A DNA stretch of 64,000 nt from Nemertoderma westbladi (lineage: Eukaryota > Animalia > Xenacoelomorpha): contig JAUCBJ010003513.1 of assembly GCA_032718475.1 (NCBI GenBank), forward strand, positions 29,522-93,521, given 5' to 3'. The notes under the pieces are model-generated. The model was not told where the DNA came from, made no database searches, and saw nothing but the letters and a program-made list of their open reading frames with translations. Positions 1 through 13,302 of the stretch are shown in pieces; the first letter of the stretch is position 1, and every line of letters starts with the position of its first letter. A program made the translations under genes and the position numbers.

Positions 1-3000
1 AATAAGCGTTTAGTATGGTTTTACAATCAACGTTTAGTATGGTGTTACAATCAGCGTTTAGTATGGTGTTACAATCAATGTTTAGTATGGTCTTACAATC
101 AGCGTTTAGTATTGTGTTACAATCTATGTTTAGTATGGTCTTTCAATCAACGTTTAGTATGGTGTTACAATCAGCGTTTAGTATGGTCTTACAATCAACG
201 TTTAGTATGGTGTTACAATCAGCGTTTAGTATGGCGTTACAATCAGCGTTTAGTATGGTGTTACAATTAGCGTTTAGTATGGCGTTACAATCAACGTTTA
301 GTATGGTGTTACAATCAGCGTTTAGTATGGCGTTACAATCAACGTTTAGTATGGTCTTACAATCAACGTTTAGTATGGTGTTACAATCAGCGTTTAGTAT
401 GGCGTTACAATCAGCGTTTAGTATGGTCTTACAATCAACGTTTAGTATGGTGTTATCATCAGCGTTTATTATTGTGTTACAATCAGCGTTTAGTATGGTC
501 TTACAATCAGCGTTTAGTATGGTGTTACAATCAGCGTTTAGTATGGCGTTACAATCAGCGTTTAGTATGGTGTTACAATCTATGTTTAGTATTGTGTTAC
601 AATCAACGTTTAGTATGGCGTTACAATCAGCGTTTAGTATGGTCTTACAATCAACGTTTAGTATGGTGTTACCATCAGCGTTTATTATTGTGTTACAATC
701 AGCGTTTAGTCAGCGTATAGTATGGTGTTACAATTAGCGTTTAGTATGGTGTTACAATCTATGTTTAGTATGGTCTTACAATCAACGTTTAGTATGGCGT
801 TACAATCAGCGTTTAGTATGGTGTTACAATCTATGTTTAGTATGGTCTTACAATCAACGTTTAGTATGGCGTTACAATCAGCGTTTAGTATTGTGTTACA
901 ATCAATGTTTAGTATGGTCTTACAATCAGCGTTTAGTATTGTGTTACAATCAATGTTTAGTATGGTGTTACAATCAACGTTTAGTATGGCGTTACAATCA
1001 GCGTTTAGTATGGTGTTACAATTAGCGTTTAGTATGGTGTTACAATCTATGTTTAGTATGGTCTTACAATCAACGTTTAGTATGGTGTTACAATCAGCGT
1101 TTAGTATGGTCTTACAATCAGCGTTTAGTATGGCGTTACAATCAGCGTTTAGTATGGTGTTACAATTAGCGTTTAGTATGGCGTTACAATCAACGTTTAG
1201 TATGGCGTTACAATCAGCGTTTAGTATGGTGTTACAATCTATGTTTAGTATGGTCTTACAATCAACGTTTAGTATGGTGTTACAATCAGCGTTTAGTATG
1301 GCGTTACAATCAGCGTTTAGTATGGTGTTACAATTAGCGTTTAGTATGGCATTACAATCAACGTTTAGTATGGTCTTACAATCAACGTTTAGTATGGTGT
1401 TACAATCAGCGTTTAGTATTGCGTTACAATCAACATTTAGTATGGTCTTACAATCAACGTTTAGTATGGCGTTACAATCAGCGTTTAGTATGGTGTTACA
1501 ATCTATGTTTAGTATGGTCTTACAATCAACGTTTAGTATGGTGTTACAATCAGCGTTTAGTATGGTCTTACAATCAGCGTTTAGTATGGCGTTACAATCA
1601 GCGTTTAGTATGGTGTTACAATTAGCGTTTAGTATGGCGTTACAATCAACGTTTAGTATGGTCTTACAATCAACGTTTAGTATGGTGTTACAATCAGCGT
1701 TTAGTATGGCGTTACTATCAGCGTTTAGTATGGTGTTACAATCTATGTTTAGTATGGTCTTACAATCAACGTTTAGTATGGTGTTACAATCAGCGTTTAG
1801 TATGGTCTTACAATCAACGTTTAGTATGGTGTTACAATTAGCGTTTAGTATGGCGTTACAATCAGCGTTTAGTATGGTGTTACAGTTAGCGTTTAGTATG
1901 GCGTTACAATCAACGTTTAGTATGGTGTTACAATCAGCGTTTAGTATGGCGTTACAATCAACGTTTAGTATGGTCTTACAATCAACGTTTAGTATGGTGT
2001 TACAATCAGCGTTTAGTATGGCGTTACAATCAGCGTTTAGTATGGTGTTACAATTAGCGTTTAGTATGGCATTACAATCAACGTTTAGTATGGTGTCAAT
2101 GGTGTTACAATTAGCGTTTAGTATGGCGTTACAATCAGCGTTTAGTATGGTGTTACAGTTAGCGTTTAGTATGGCGTTACAATCAACGTTTAGTATGGTG
2201 TTACAATCAGCGTTTAGTATGGCGTTACAATCAGCGTTTAGTATGGCGTTACAATCAGCGTTTAGTATGGTGTTACAATCAGCGTTTAGTATGGCGTTAC
2301 AATCAACGTTTAGTATGGTCTTACAATCAACGTTTAGTATGGTGTTACAATCAGCGTTTAGTATGGCGTTACTATCAGCGTTTAGTATGGTGTTACAATC
2401 TATGTTTAGTATGGTCTTACAATCAACGTTTAGTATGGTGTTACAATCAGCGTTTAGTATGGTCTTACAATCAACGTTTAGTATGGTGTTACAATTAGCG
2501 TTTAGTATGGCGTTACAATCAGCGTTTAGTATGGTGTTACAGTTAGCGTTTAGTATGGCGTTACAATCAACGTTTAGTATGGTGTTACAATCAGCGTTTA
2601 GTATGGTGTTACAATCAACGTTTAGTATGGTGTTACAATCAACGTTTAGTATGGTGTTACAATCAGCGTTTAGTATTGCGTTACAATCAACATTTAGTAT
2701 GGTCTTACAATCAGCGTTTAGTATGGTGTTACAATAAGCGTTTAGTATGGCGTTACAATCAACGTTTAGTATGGTCTTACAATCAACGTTTAGTATGGTG
2801 TTACAATCAGCGTTTAGTATTGCGTTACAATCAACATTTAGTATGGTCTTACAATCAGCGTTTAGTATGGTGTTACAATAAGCGTTTAGTATGGTTTTAC
2901 AATCAACGTTTAGTATGGTGTTACAATCAGCGTTTAGTATGGTGTTACAATCAATGTTTAGTATGGTCTTACAATCAGCGTTTAGTATTGTGTTACAATC

Positions 3001-6000
3001 AGCGTTTAGTATGGCGTTACAATCAGCGTTTAGTATGGTGTTACAATTAGCGTTTAGTATGGCGTTACAATCAACGTTTAGTAAGGTGTTACAATCAACG
3101 TTTAGTATGGTGTTACAATTAGCGTTTAGTATGGTCTTACAATCAGCGTTTAGTATGGTATTACAATCAGCGTTTAGTATGGTATTACAATCAATGTTTA
3201 GTATGGTCTTACAATCAGCGTTTAGTATTGTGTTACAATCTATGTTTAGTATGGTCTTACAATCAGCGTTTAGTATGGTGTCAATGGTGTTACAATCAGG
3301 GTTTAGTATGGTGTCAATGTTGTTACAATCACGGTTTAGTATGGTGTTACCATCAGCGTTTAGTATTGTGTTACAATCAATGTTTAGTATGGTCTTACAA
3401 TCAGCGTTTAGTATGGTGTCAATGGTGTTACAATCAGGGTTTAGTATGGTGTTACAATCAATGTTTAGTATGGTCTTACAATCAGCGTTTAGTATTGTGT
3501 TACAATCAATGTTTAATATGGTCTTACAATCAGCGTTTAGTATGGTGTCAATGGTGTTACAATCAGGGTTTAGTATGGTGTCAATGGTGTTACAATCAGG
3601 GTTTAGTATGGTGTTACCATCAGCGTTTAGTATTGTGTTACAATCAATGTTTAGTATGGTCTTACAATCAGCGTTTAGTATGGTGTCAATGGTGTTACAA
3701 TCAGGGTTTAGTATGGTGTTACAATCAATGTTTAGTATGGTTTTACAATCAGCGTTTAGTATTGTGTTACAATCAATGTTTAGTATGGTCTTACAATCAG
3801 CGTTTAGTAAGGTGTCAATGGTGTTACAATCAGGGTTTAGTATGGTGTTACAATCAGCGTTTAGTATGGTGTTGCAATCAACGTTTAGTATGGTGTTACA
3901 ATCAGCGTTTAGTATGGTGTTAAATCAGCGTTTAGTATTGTGTTACAATCAATGTTTAGTATGGTCTTACAATCAGCGTTTAGTATTGTGTTACAATCAA
4001 TGTTTAGTATGGTCTTACAATCAGCGTTTAGTATGGTGTCAATGGTGTTACAATCAGGGTTTAATATGGTGTCAATGGTGTTACAATCAGGGTTTAGTAT
4101 GGTGTTACCATCAGCGTTTATTATTGTGTTACAATCAATGTTTAGTATGGTCTTACAATCAGCGTTTAGTATGGTGTCAATGGTGTTACAATCAGGGTTT
4201 AGTATGGTGTTACAATCAATGTTTAGTATGGTCTTACAATCAGCGTTTAGTATTGTGTTACAATCAATGTTTAGTATGGTCTTACAATCAGCGTTTAGTA
4301 TGGTGTCAATGGTGTTACAATCAGCGTTTAGTATGGTGTCAATGGTGTTACAATCAGGGTTTAGTATGGTGTTACCATCAGCGTTTAGTATTGTGTTACA
4401 ATCAATGTTTAGTATGGTCTTACAATCAACGTTTAGTATGGTGTCAATGGTGTTACAATCAGGGTTTAGTATGGTGTTACAATCACTGTTTAGTATGGTT
4501 TTACAATCAGCGTTTAGTATTGTGTTACAATCAATGTTTAGTATGGTCTTACAATCAGCGTTTAGTAAGGTGTCAATGGTGTTACAATCAGAGTTTAGTA
4601 TGGTGTTACAATCAGCGTTTAGTATGGTGTTACAATCAGCGTTTAGTATGGTGTTACAATCAGCGTTTAGTATGGTGTTACAATCAGCATTAGGTATGGC
4701 ATGGTGTCAATGGTGTTACAATCAGGGTTTAGTATGGTGTTACAATCAGCGTTTAGTATTGTGTTACAATCAATGTTTAGTATGGTCTTACAATCAGCGT
4801 TTAGTATGGTGTCAATGGTGTTACAATCAGGGTTTAGTATGGTGTCAATGGTGTTACAATCAGGGTTTAGTATGGTGTTACCATCAGCGTTTAGTATTGT
4901 GTTACAATCAATGTTTAGTATGGTCTTACAATCAGCGTTTAGTATGGTGTCAATGGTGTTACAATCAGGGTTTAGTATGGTGTTACAATCAATGTTTAGT
5001 ATGGTTTTACAATCAGCGTTTAGTATTGTGTTACAATCAATGTTTAGTATGGTCTTACAATCAGCGTTTAGTAAGGTGTCAATGGTGTTACAATCAGAGT
5101 TTAGTATGGTGTTACAATCAGCGTTTAGTATGGTGTTACAATCAGCGTTTAGTATGGTTTTACAATCAACGTTTAGTATGGTGTTACAATCAGCGTTTAG
5201 TATGGTGTTACAATCAGCATTAGGTATGGCATGGTGTCAATGGTGTTACAATCAGGGTTTAGTATGGTGTTACAATCAGCGTTTAGTATTGTGTTACAAT
5301 CAATGTTTAGTATGGTCTTACAATCAGCGTTTAGTATGGTGTCAATGGTGTTACAATCAGGGTTTAGTATGGTGTCAATGGTGTTACAATCAGGGTTTAG
5401 TATGGTGTTACCATCAGCGTTTAGTATTGTGTTACAATCAATGTTTAGTATGGTCTTACAATCAGCGTTTAGTATGGTGTCAATGGTGTTACAATCAGGG
5501 TTTAGTATGGTGTTTCAATCAATGTTTAGTATGGTCTTACAATCAGCGTTTAGTATTGTGTTACAATCAATGTTTAGTATGGTCTTACAATCAGCGTTTA
5601 GTATGGTGTCAATGGTGTTACAATCAGGGTTTAGTATGGTGTCAATGGTGTTACAATCAGGGTTTAGTATGGTGTTACCATCAGCGTTTAGTATTGTGTT
5701 ACAATCAATGTTTAGTATGGTCTTACAATCAGCGTTTAGTATGGTGTCAATGGTGTTACAATCAGGGTTTATTTAGTATGGTGTTACAATCAATGTTTAG
5801 TATGGTTTTACAATCAGCGTTTAGTATTGTGTTACAATCAATGTTTAGTATGGTCTTACAATCAGCGTTTAGTAAGGTGTCAATGGTGTTACAATCAATG
5901 TTTAGTATGGTCTTACAATCAGCGTTTAGTATGGTGTCAATGGTGTTACAATCAGGGTTTAGTATGGTGTTTCAATCAATGTTTAGTATGGTCTTACAAT

Positions 6001-7785
6001 CAGCGTTTAGTATTGTGTTACAATCAATGTTTAGTATGGTCTTACAATCAGCGTTTAGTATGGTGTCAATGGTGTTACAATCAGGGTTTAGTATGGTGTC
6101 AATGGTGTTACAATCAGGGTTTAGTATGGTGTTACCATCAGCGTTTAGTATTGTGTTACAATCAATGTTTAGTATGGTCTTACAATCAGCGTTTAGTATG
6201 GTGTCAATGGTGTTACAATCAGGGTTTATTTAGTATGGTGTTACAATCAATGTTTAGTATGGTTTTACAATCAGCGTTTAGTATTGTGTTACAATCAATG
6301 TTTAGTATGGTCTTACAATCAGCGTTTAGTAAGGTGTCAATGGTGTTACAATCAGGGCTTAGTATGGTCTTACAATCAGCGTTTAGTATGGTGTTACAAT
6401 CAACGTTTAGTATGGTGTTACAATCAACGTTTAGTATGGTTTTACAATCAACGTTTAGTATGGTGTTACAATCAGCGTTTAGTATGGTGTTACAATCATC
6501 AGCATTAGGTATGGCATGGTGTCAATGGTGTTACAATCAGGGTTTAGTATGGTGTTACAATCAACGTTTAGTATGGTGTTACAATCAGCGTTTAGTATGG
6601 TTTTACAATCAACGTTTAGTATGGTGTTACAATCAGCGTTTAGTATGGTATTACAATCAGTGTTTAGTATTGTGTTACAATCAATGTTTAGTATGGTCTT
6701 ACAATCAGCGTTTAGTATTGTGTTACAATCAATGTTTAGTATGGTCTTACAATCAGCGTTTAGTATGGTGTCAATGGTGTTACAATCAGGGTTTAGTATG
6801 GTGTTACAATCAACGTTTAGTATGGTGTTACAATCAGGGTTTAGTATGGTGTTACAAACAGCGTTTGGTGTGGTCTTACAATCAACGTTTAGTATGGTGA
6901 CAATCAACGTTTAGTATGGTCTTACAATTAGCGTTTAGTATGGTGTTACAATCAACGTTTAGTATGGTTTTACAATCAACGTTTAGTATGGTGTTACAAT
7001 CAACGTTTAGTATGGTGTTACAATCAACGTTTAGTATGTGGTCTTACAATCATCGTTTAGTATGGTCTTACAATCAGGGTTTAGTATGGTGTTACAATCA
7101 ACGTTTAGTATGTGGTCTTACAATCAGCATTTAGTATGGTGTCAATGGTGTTACAATCAGGGTTTAGTATGGTCTTACAATCAGCGTTTAGTATGGTGTC
7201 AATGGTGTTACAATCAGGGTTTAGTATGTTGTTACAATCAACGTTTAGTATGGTCTTACAATCAGCGTTTAGTATGGTGTTACAATCAGGGTTTAGTATG
7301 GTGTTACAAACAGCGTTTGGTGTGGTCTTACAATCAACGTTTAGTATGGTGACAATCAACGTTTAGTATGGTCTTACAATTAGCGTTTAGTATGTTGTTA
7401 CAATCAACGTTTAGTATGGTGTTACAATCAACGTTTAGTATGGTGTTACAATCAGCGTTTAGTATGGTATTACAATCAATGTTTAGTATGGTGTTACAAT
7501 CAGCGTTTAGTATGGTGTCAATGGTGTTACAATCAGCGTTTAGTATGGTATTACAATCAATGTTTAGTATGGTGTTACAATCAGCGTTTAGTATGGTGTC
7601 AATGGTGTTACAATCAGGGTTTAGTATGTTGTTACAATCAACGTTTAGTATGGTCTTACAATCAGCGTTTAGTATGGTGTCAATGGTGTTACAATCAGGG
7701 TTTAGTATGTTGTTACAATCAACGTTGAGTATGGTGTTACAATCAACGTTTAGTATGGTGTTACAATCAGCGTTTAGTATGGTGT
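1..7785. repeat. 24-bp tandem satellite (consensus TTTAGTATGGTGTTACAATCAGCG) with 33-bp variant units and ~450-660-bp higher-order repeats; runs off the left edge
   Basis: Periodicity directly visible. 9-bp insert GTGTCAATG appears at ~2093 and is common after ~3280. Diagnostic variants recur at 4681/5211 (530 bp), 5763/6220 (457 bp), 6855/7307 (452 bp) and 1711/2368 (657 bp). Confidence 0.98.
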
Positions 7786-7999
7786 AATTATTTTTATAAA
7801 ATTAAGTCGGGAAATTATCACGTAAATTCTTCAAGGAATTGAAACTATTGTGGAGGTTCACCCAGCCATTGTATGGCTGGGTGAACCAGGGTTTGAAATT
7901 TTAAAGTAATTTAAAGGTAAATTTAAAGTACATATCACCTAATAGCGAACCATTTTCGACCAAAAAGTTACTAATTTTAAATCAATATCGCTAGTTTTG

Positions 8000-8830
8000 C
8001 CTTTTTGGTATATTATCGCGTACTTCCCAAGGTGGCCATTCGCCTCTGATATTCGACTTGGCTGTCGGGGACCCGATTTTACGAAAATCCATTTATCTCC
8101 GCTTCCACTGGGTCTTTTTGAAAATTTAAAACAGCCTCCGTAAATGTTCCATCCATCGCTAGGTAGTTATTTTCCGAAGCCCCCCCCCCCCCCCCTTCAT
8201 GCCTTCATTCGTATTTCCCTGTAGCCAGTTCTTTTCCCCCAATCTATTGCGCGGACTCCGTTCAAAAACTGCACGGGGTATCCAGAAATCCAACAGTCTT
8301 TCAAATATCTATCCCGGGCGGTTACGTAATGATCGCCGCCGTCGGTCAGTCGCCGGAACCTGAGCAACTGCGATGTGGCAACCGCCCGTAAAGACTGTTT
8401 ACTATGGTTACTGCAAAATGGAACTGGGAGTTTTCTAGATAAAGGTTTAATATAAACTCTAGTTTATACAGTATATGCCCCTCACTATCCCTGTACAACT
8501 CCAAGTCAATAAAAATATATATTTTGAAATTCAACGGTTAACTTAATTATATCCGTCCCATAAACCTCGTTACTGGCCCTATTATATCGATTAACTATTT
8601 CCGCCTTAACTACTTCGCTGGATAATTTACTCCCAAAAATAGCCTCTCCGTTTTATAAACATAACTCTTTTCGTATATTCTCAACCTGTTCTTCTGATAC
8701 AATGAAAGCCCTGAAGTCGGCTTGTCGGTTCGTGGAAAATATAACCTCGTGGCATCCACCGCCACAGTCCAAATCGGGATCATAAACCCGAGCGCCGTTG
8801 ATACAAGTAGCCTCATTCTCCATTACCTCG
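8000..8830 (-). mobile_element. Degenerate Penelope-like retroelement RT fragment
   Basis: Minus-strand peptides VAVDATRLYF, FIDLELYRDSEGHILYKL and RYLKDCWISGYP resemble, in the right order, PLE RT motifs (vtmDvtsLYt, FLDl.i....g.l.tkl, f..rGYP). Broken by frameshifts and deletions. Confidence 0.4.
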
Positions 8831-9660
8831 AGGAGAAAAGGAAAAATATAATTAACTTTTATTATAAGTTCGTAAAATTTACGAAGTCGTATCTCTCTGT
8901 ATTAAACGGAACCACATCTCGCAAAACCGAGCGCGTTAAAAGGGAGGCTAATTAAATGAAATAGATAGCAGGTGTTGATTAAACAGTCCTCGCTGTCTAT
9001 TTCTATCGCTATTAGCAACACCTGTACACAAGAGTGAATGCGATAATAAACTGTTGCCCACTTCCATCATCGGACCATAGCCATCATCGGCTAGCTAACC
9101 ATTACTTTAAAATTGTTATTTTTATATTTATTTTACTGACTGTTTAAATAATTCAATTTATTTTAGAAAAGGGGGTGGGGTGGGGGGGGGGGGGGGTGGG
9201 GTGGGTTGTGGGGGTTGGGGGTAGACACATAGAGAGCTTGTCAGTGCATTCGTCACATTCAAAACCCTCATTCTAAATATAACCAACTTTTACTTGCAAT
9301 TTAGCATAATGTTATGTTAGCAACATAATATGGCACCTCCCCCACTACTGGTTCATCTTGAAGGCCCATCAAATTCTGGCAAGGCTAGTCGATAGTTTAA
9401 CTATTTGAATGAGCCACGGCACCGTAAACTTTCCCATCGCACATATAACCCATATAATAGTAAATAAAATATAACCCATTTCACATGTTACCTATCACTT
9501 CTAACCGTTTGAATGTTATGAAAATTAATCAACACTATGAAAATATGATAACCATAAATAGCTGTAATTATTTAAATAATTAATTATCCCGTAACATTAG
9601 TGTATTATTTACTATATTTGTTTCCCTTCCTTCCCAATCGACACAAAGATTGGTTGTATC

Positions 9661-11262
9661 ATGTATATCACGATGGCATATATAGGATTTAAATGGTCTA
9701 TTATAATTGCGATTGTATTGAATGTCATGGGAGAGGAAATGCCGCCCATTCAGAACTTAAAGAATTTTATATTTGACTCATATTTTAAAGGCGTTAGACC
9801 TGTCTTCTACAAGGATGACATTGTTTACGTTGATGTACAATTAGACATTGGAAGCATTATTGAGTTGGATATTGTTGATTCAAGCATAGAGTTGACAATG
9901 TGGATTAAATTTTCTTGGGTCGATATAAATCTTGTTTGGGACCCTGATGAATATTTTGGGACATACGAACTCTCATTAAATCCTGACCAGATTTGGTCAC
10001 CCAGAATAACATTATTGGGAATTGTTAATAAGCAATACGGAGATGGTGTTGATTACGTTACAGTGCACTGCACCGGATATGTGGAATCCTACCATAGATG
10101 GTCTCTTAAGGTATCGCAAAACTTTTCTCCAAGATATTTCCCATATGACATTCAATTAGTAAAGTTTATGATTGAATCGTGGACCTACAATGAAACAAAG
10201 GTTGTACTAAACTGGGCAGAACACATGAGGGGTGCAGGAAGTAAGATTAAATTCACCTCAAATGAGTGGCAATGGAAACAAGCCATTGTAACTTCCACAA
10301 AATCTAATCATATTTCAATTGACGGTAAACAGAACTCCACCTTTACTCAACTAGTCTATGTGATGACGTTACATCGAAATCCAGATTTCTATTTCAAGAC
10401 GATAATTTTCCCGGCTATTGTCATCAGTATGATCATTCCTCAGCTCTTCCTTGTACCCATAGAGAACGGCAACAGACTCGGCTTAGCCAGTGGTCTATTT
10501 TTTGCCCAAATGCTCAACCTTGTACTGGTGCAGGAATTTCTGCCGCCAGCCTCAAAGGAAGAACCACTCCTCGCTCAACTTTATTTCTTACATGTTGTAG
10601 TAACATTGATTTGCGTGACAGCCAGTATCGTTATAGAGCATGTCTTCAGCATTTTCTCAGACACAAACAGGTCGGAACATAAAACGACCAATAACAAAGT
10701 AGATGAAGAATCATTGCAATCTGTAAATAACATTTGTAGTGCCCTTCAGAAGAATGTCGAGAACAAATCCACACATTTAAAGGAAAACCGAAAATTGTCA
10801 ATTCTTCCAAAGAATTGGAATAAAGATGTAATGTTGTTAAAGAACAGGTTAAATCTAGTTAAATGTTGCGATCGGGCTATGTTTATTTTGTGTGCTATAT
10901 TTGTAATCGCTTCTAATAGTTGGGTTATGGTTGTTTTGGAACCGCCAACCTCGGATTTATTGATCTCAGATCTTGTTAAAGAAATAGAGGCCAGTGAGGC
11001 TTATCTTGCGAAAGAATCGGAAGTGGTTGTTGTTACAACAGAGTCTGGAGTAGGGGATGTTACTGATGATGAGTTTGATATTGGCGCTGGTGACCCAGAT
11101 TATGGGCCTGAATATGGCCCTACGACCCCGCGATTCAACGTATTGGACAATGGATTGGATGCGAGTAGTGATTCAATGTCACCCTTGGCAATCCACTGCT
11201 TATGTAAATGGCTCATGTTCATCATATTGTTTACTACTACTACCAGTTTGTTTGGGATCTAA
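9661..11262 (+). CDS. Pentameric ligand-gated ion channel subunit (nAChR-like, Cys-less loop), intronless, 533 aa
   Basis: Signal peptide; YFKGVRPV, W.D..L.WDP..Y, IWSP, FPYDIQ, ESWTY, NEW and L.R.P.FY motifs; four TM segments including M4 (CCDRAMFILCAIFVIASNSWVMVVL); AATAA/ATTAAA signals near 11392-11418. Confidence 0.93.
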   Translation: MYITMAYIGFKWSIIIAIVLNVMGEEMPPIQNLKNFIFDSYFKGVRPVFYKDDIVYVDVQLDIGSIIELDIVDSSIELTMWIKFSWVDINLVWDPDEYFGTYELSLNPDQIWSPRITLLGIVNKQYGDGVDYVTVHCTGYVESYHRWSLKVSQNFSPRYFPYDIQLVKFMIESWTYNETKVVLNWAEHMRGAGSKIKFTSNEWQWKQAIVTSTKSNHISIDGKQNSTFTQLVYVMTLHRNPDFYFKTIIFPAIVISMIIPQLFLVPIENGNRLGLASGLFFAQMLNLVLVQEFLPPASKEEPLLAQLYFLHVVVTLICVTASIVIEHVFSIFSDTNRSEHKTTNNKVDEESLQSVNNICSALQKNVENKSTHLKENRKLSILPKNWNKDVMLLKNRLNLVKCCDRAMFILCAIFVIASNSWVMVVLEPPTSDLLISDLVKEIEASEAYLAKESEVVVVTTESGVGDVTDDEFDIGAGDPDYGPEYGPTTPRFNVLDNGLDASSDSMSPLAIHCLCKWLMFIILFTTTTSLFGI

Positions 11263-11539
11263 ACAAACATTATGGCAGCTCTGAATGGTCATCTTTTTAT
11301 TATTTTTATTTATATATTTTATATATTGTGTTTTCAACCATACCCAGAATCTACAGTAGTTGTCACTGGATAAAAGGAACCAAACCTCACCAATAATAGT
11401 TTCTTTGTTGCTATTAAATTAAAATCCACGTTGCTATGGTAAAAATCATGAAATTGAAAGTGATTTGAATTGTTTGTTTTGAAAGACTGCGGTATTATCA
11501 AGATAACGTACATAATTATTGAGGTTTATTGATTCCCTC

Positions 11540-12420
11540 ATACAGTGCATTGCATACAAACAGATGGTGATGATTTCTCTCCAAATATGTGTACTAACAT
11601 CTTATAAATATATATCGTTGGTTGTTTATTTCCTTCTTTATTTCCCTCATACCAGAGAAATCTTAAACTGTCTGTATCCTCTTGTGTGACAGAGACTTAG
11701 TGAAACATTGCTTGGACGTCGCATGTAAATGCGTATTTCCCTTCTCTAAAATGCCACGAAATATCTAGTCCCCTATTATAGACCTATTATACTATGTCCT
11801 TCCACTAAGTAATCATTTAAACATTTCCCGCCTATTTTCGCTCTGGTATCCTGTAGTACTACCCTATATCGATCCTCATGTGGTTCCCATACTGTGTGTA
11901 ATGGTAGATAGTTTGTCTTTACGTTGACATTTATTCCTCCTGGTAATTTCACCGCCCATCCCTTTGTGTATTTGTCGATCGCCGCTTGCACCTCATTACG
12001 TTGCTTGTTGTTTCTTGCCAACTTTTACTTAAGACTTTCCAATCTTTTTAGTGCCATTCCTTTACTATATTTCTCAACTCTTGTTTCTCGTCTCTCCAGA
12101 GCATCCAATTTCGAAATGTCCTTCTTTAAATTGGATGGTATTACTCATAAGCACTCTTGCGCGTATATCCTCATGTGAATCTCCCAATATCATATTGAAT
12201 AATCCCTCGCAATCGTGGTTAGAAAGGTTATATCCATGTCGATTTCTTTGGGTCTCCGATAATTAATTCCTGGCTTCTTCGTCTCCGCTCTCGTCCAGCC
12301 GCTCTACTCCCTTCGGAATCTTGGCGTGTCGATAGTTTACCCATCCGAGTGGTGTTAGTTTCGCCCATGGTCCACTCTTTATCCCTCTTCTTTCATCGAT
12401 TGTCTCAAAACATTCCTGGT
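11540..12420 (-). mobile_element. Decayed BEL/Pao LTR-retrotransposon pol (RT) fragment
   Basis: Minus-strand peptides [51 protein letters not shown] and [14 protein letters not shown] match Pao RT motifs; contains stops. Confidence 0.8.
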
Positions 12421-12925
12421 TATCCACTTCAATTAGTACAAAAATTTTGTAAAAAAAAAATTAAAATTAAAAAAAAAATGAAAAAAAAAATCATTAAAAA
12501 ATGGGGAAATATTATGAAATCAAGAAAAAAGAAAACTGATTATTTGAAATTTGGAAATTTAGTGAAGTTTATGAAATTACCTTTTATATATCAAAAATTA
12601 TTGCAAAAACGGTTAAGAAATGTCATTCTGAGTAAATCGCCTTCAAAATTCAAACCTTCCCGCGCAAAATTGCCTGAAAAGAGCCAAAATTATATTTACG
12701 AGGTTTTTCGGGTCGCTGATTTCAGTACCGATGTCAGTTTTAATATTTGGTGGAATCTAGTCTGTCCGTCTTACATTTTGACAGACAGATATTTCACGAT
12801 AACTCGAGATCTAACATATATCTCTCGAAGCGGTTAGCAGATTTGAACAATAATTTAAATTATTATTGGCTATAGAAAATGTCATGTCATTGTGTCACTA
12901 GTATTTGTCTGACAACTTGTTACAG

Positions 12926-13302
12926 CTACTACTACTACTAGGATCGGCGTGCCGCATTGCAGCTGCATTTTTAAGAATGCTGTGCCGGCTTGTCGACAAA
13001 ATTGCACCGCCACAACTCCCTATCACCCATGACATTTGCTAGATCATCCGCATCTTCAAGGCCAGTGTCCTTTAAGATACGTCTCAAGAAAGTCATGGGC
13101 TGTCCACCATGCTTATTCACTCCATGAGGCTGCCAAAGTACAAGATTATGCACTGGCTGGTCCTCACGGCGAAAGCAATATCCTGCAAAGCGGAGGCGAT
13201 TTTGTTCTAGTGTCAAGCTTGGGTGAACCAATGAGACACCTCCAATGTTATATAGTGTTTGGTTGGAGATGTGTGCATTGTACTTGACACAATGAACCCG
13301 GC
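12926..13302 (-). mobile_element. 5'-truncated RTE-clade LINE 3' end with (TAG)n tail
   Basis: Peptide RLRFAGYCFRREDQPVHNLVLWQP..GG.P..F...L.D.GL...DRELWR; near-identical to 53782-53975; CTACTACTACTACTA tail at 12926-12940. Confidence 0.85.

Noticed and set aside
15-7787. Long ORFs (MVLQSAFS / WCYNQRLV / ILNADCNT repeats)
   Set aside because: Stop-free frames of a 24-bp satellite; they swap frames at indels and have no unique sequence.
12349-12837. 162-aa Lys-rich ORF
   Set aside because: Runs through A-tracts and transposon-like non-coding sequence; no recognisable domain.
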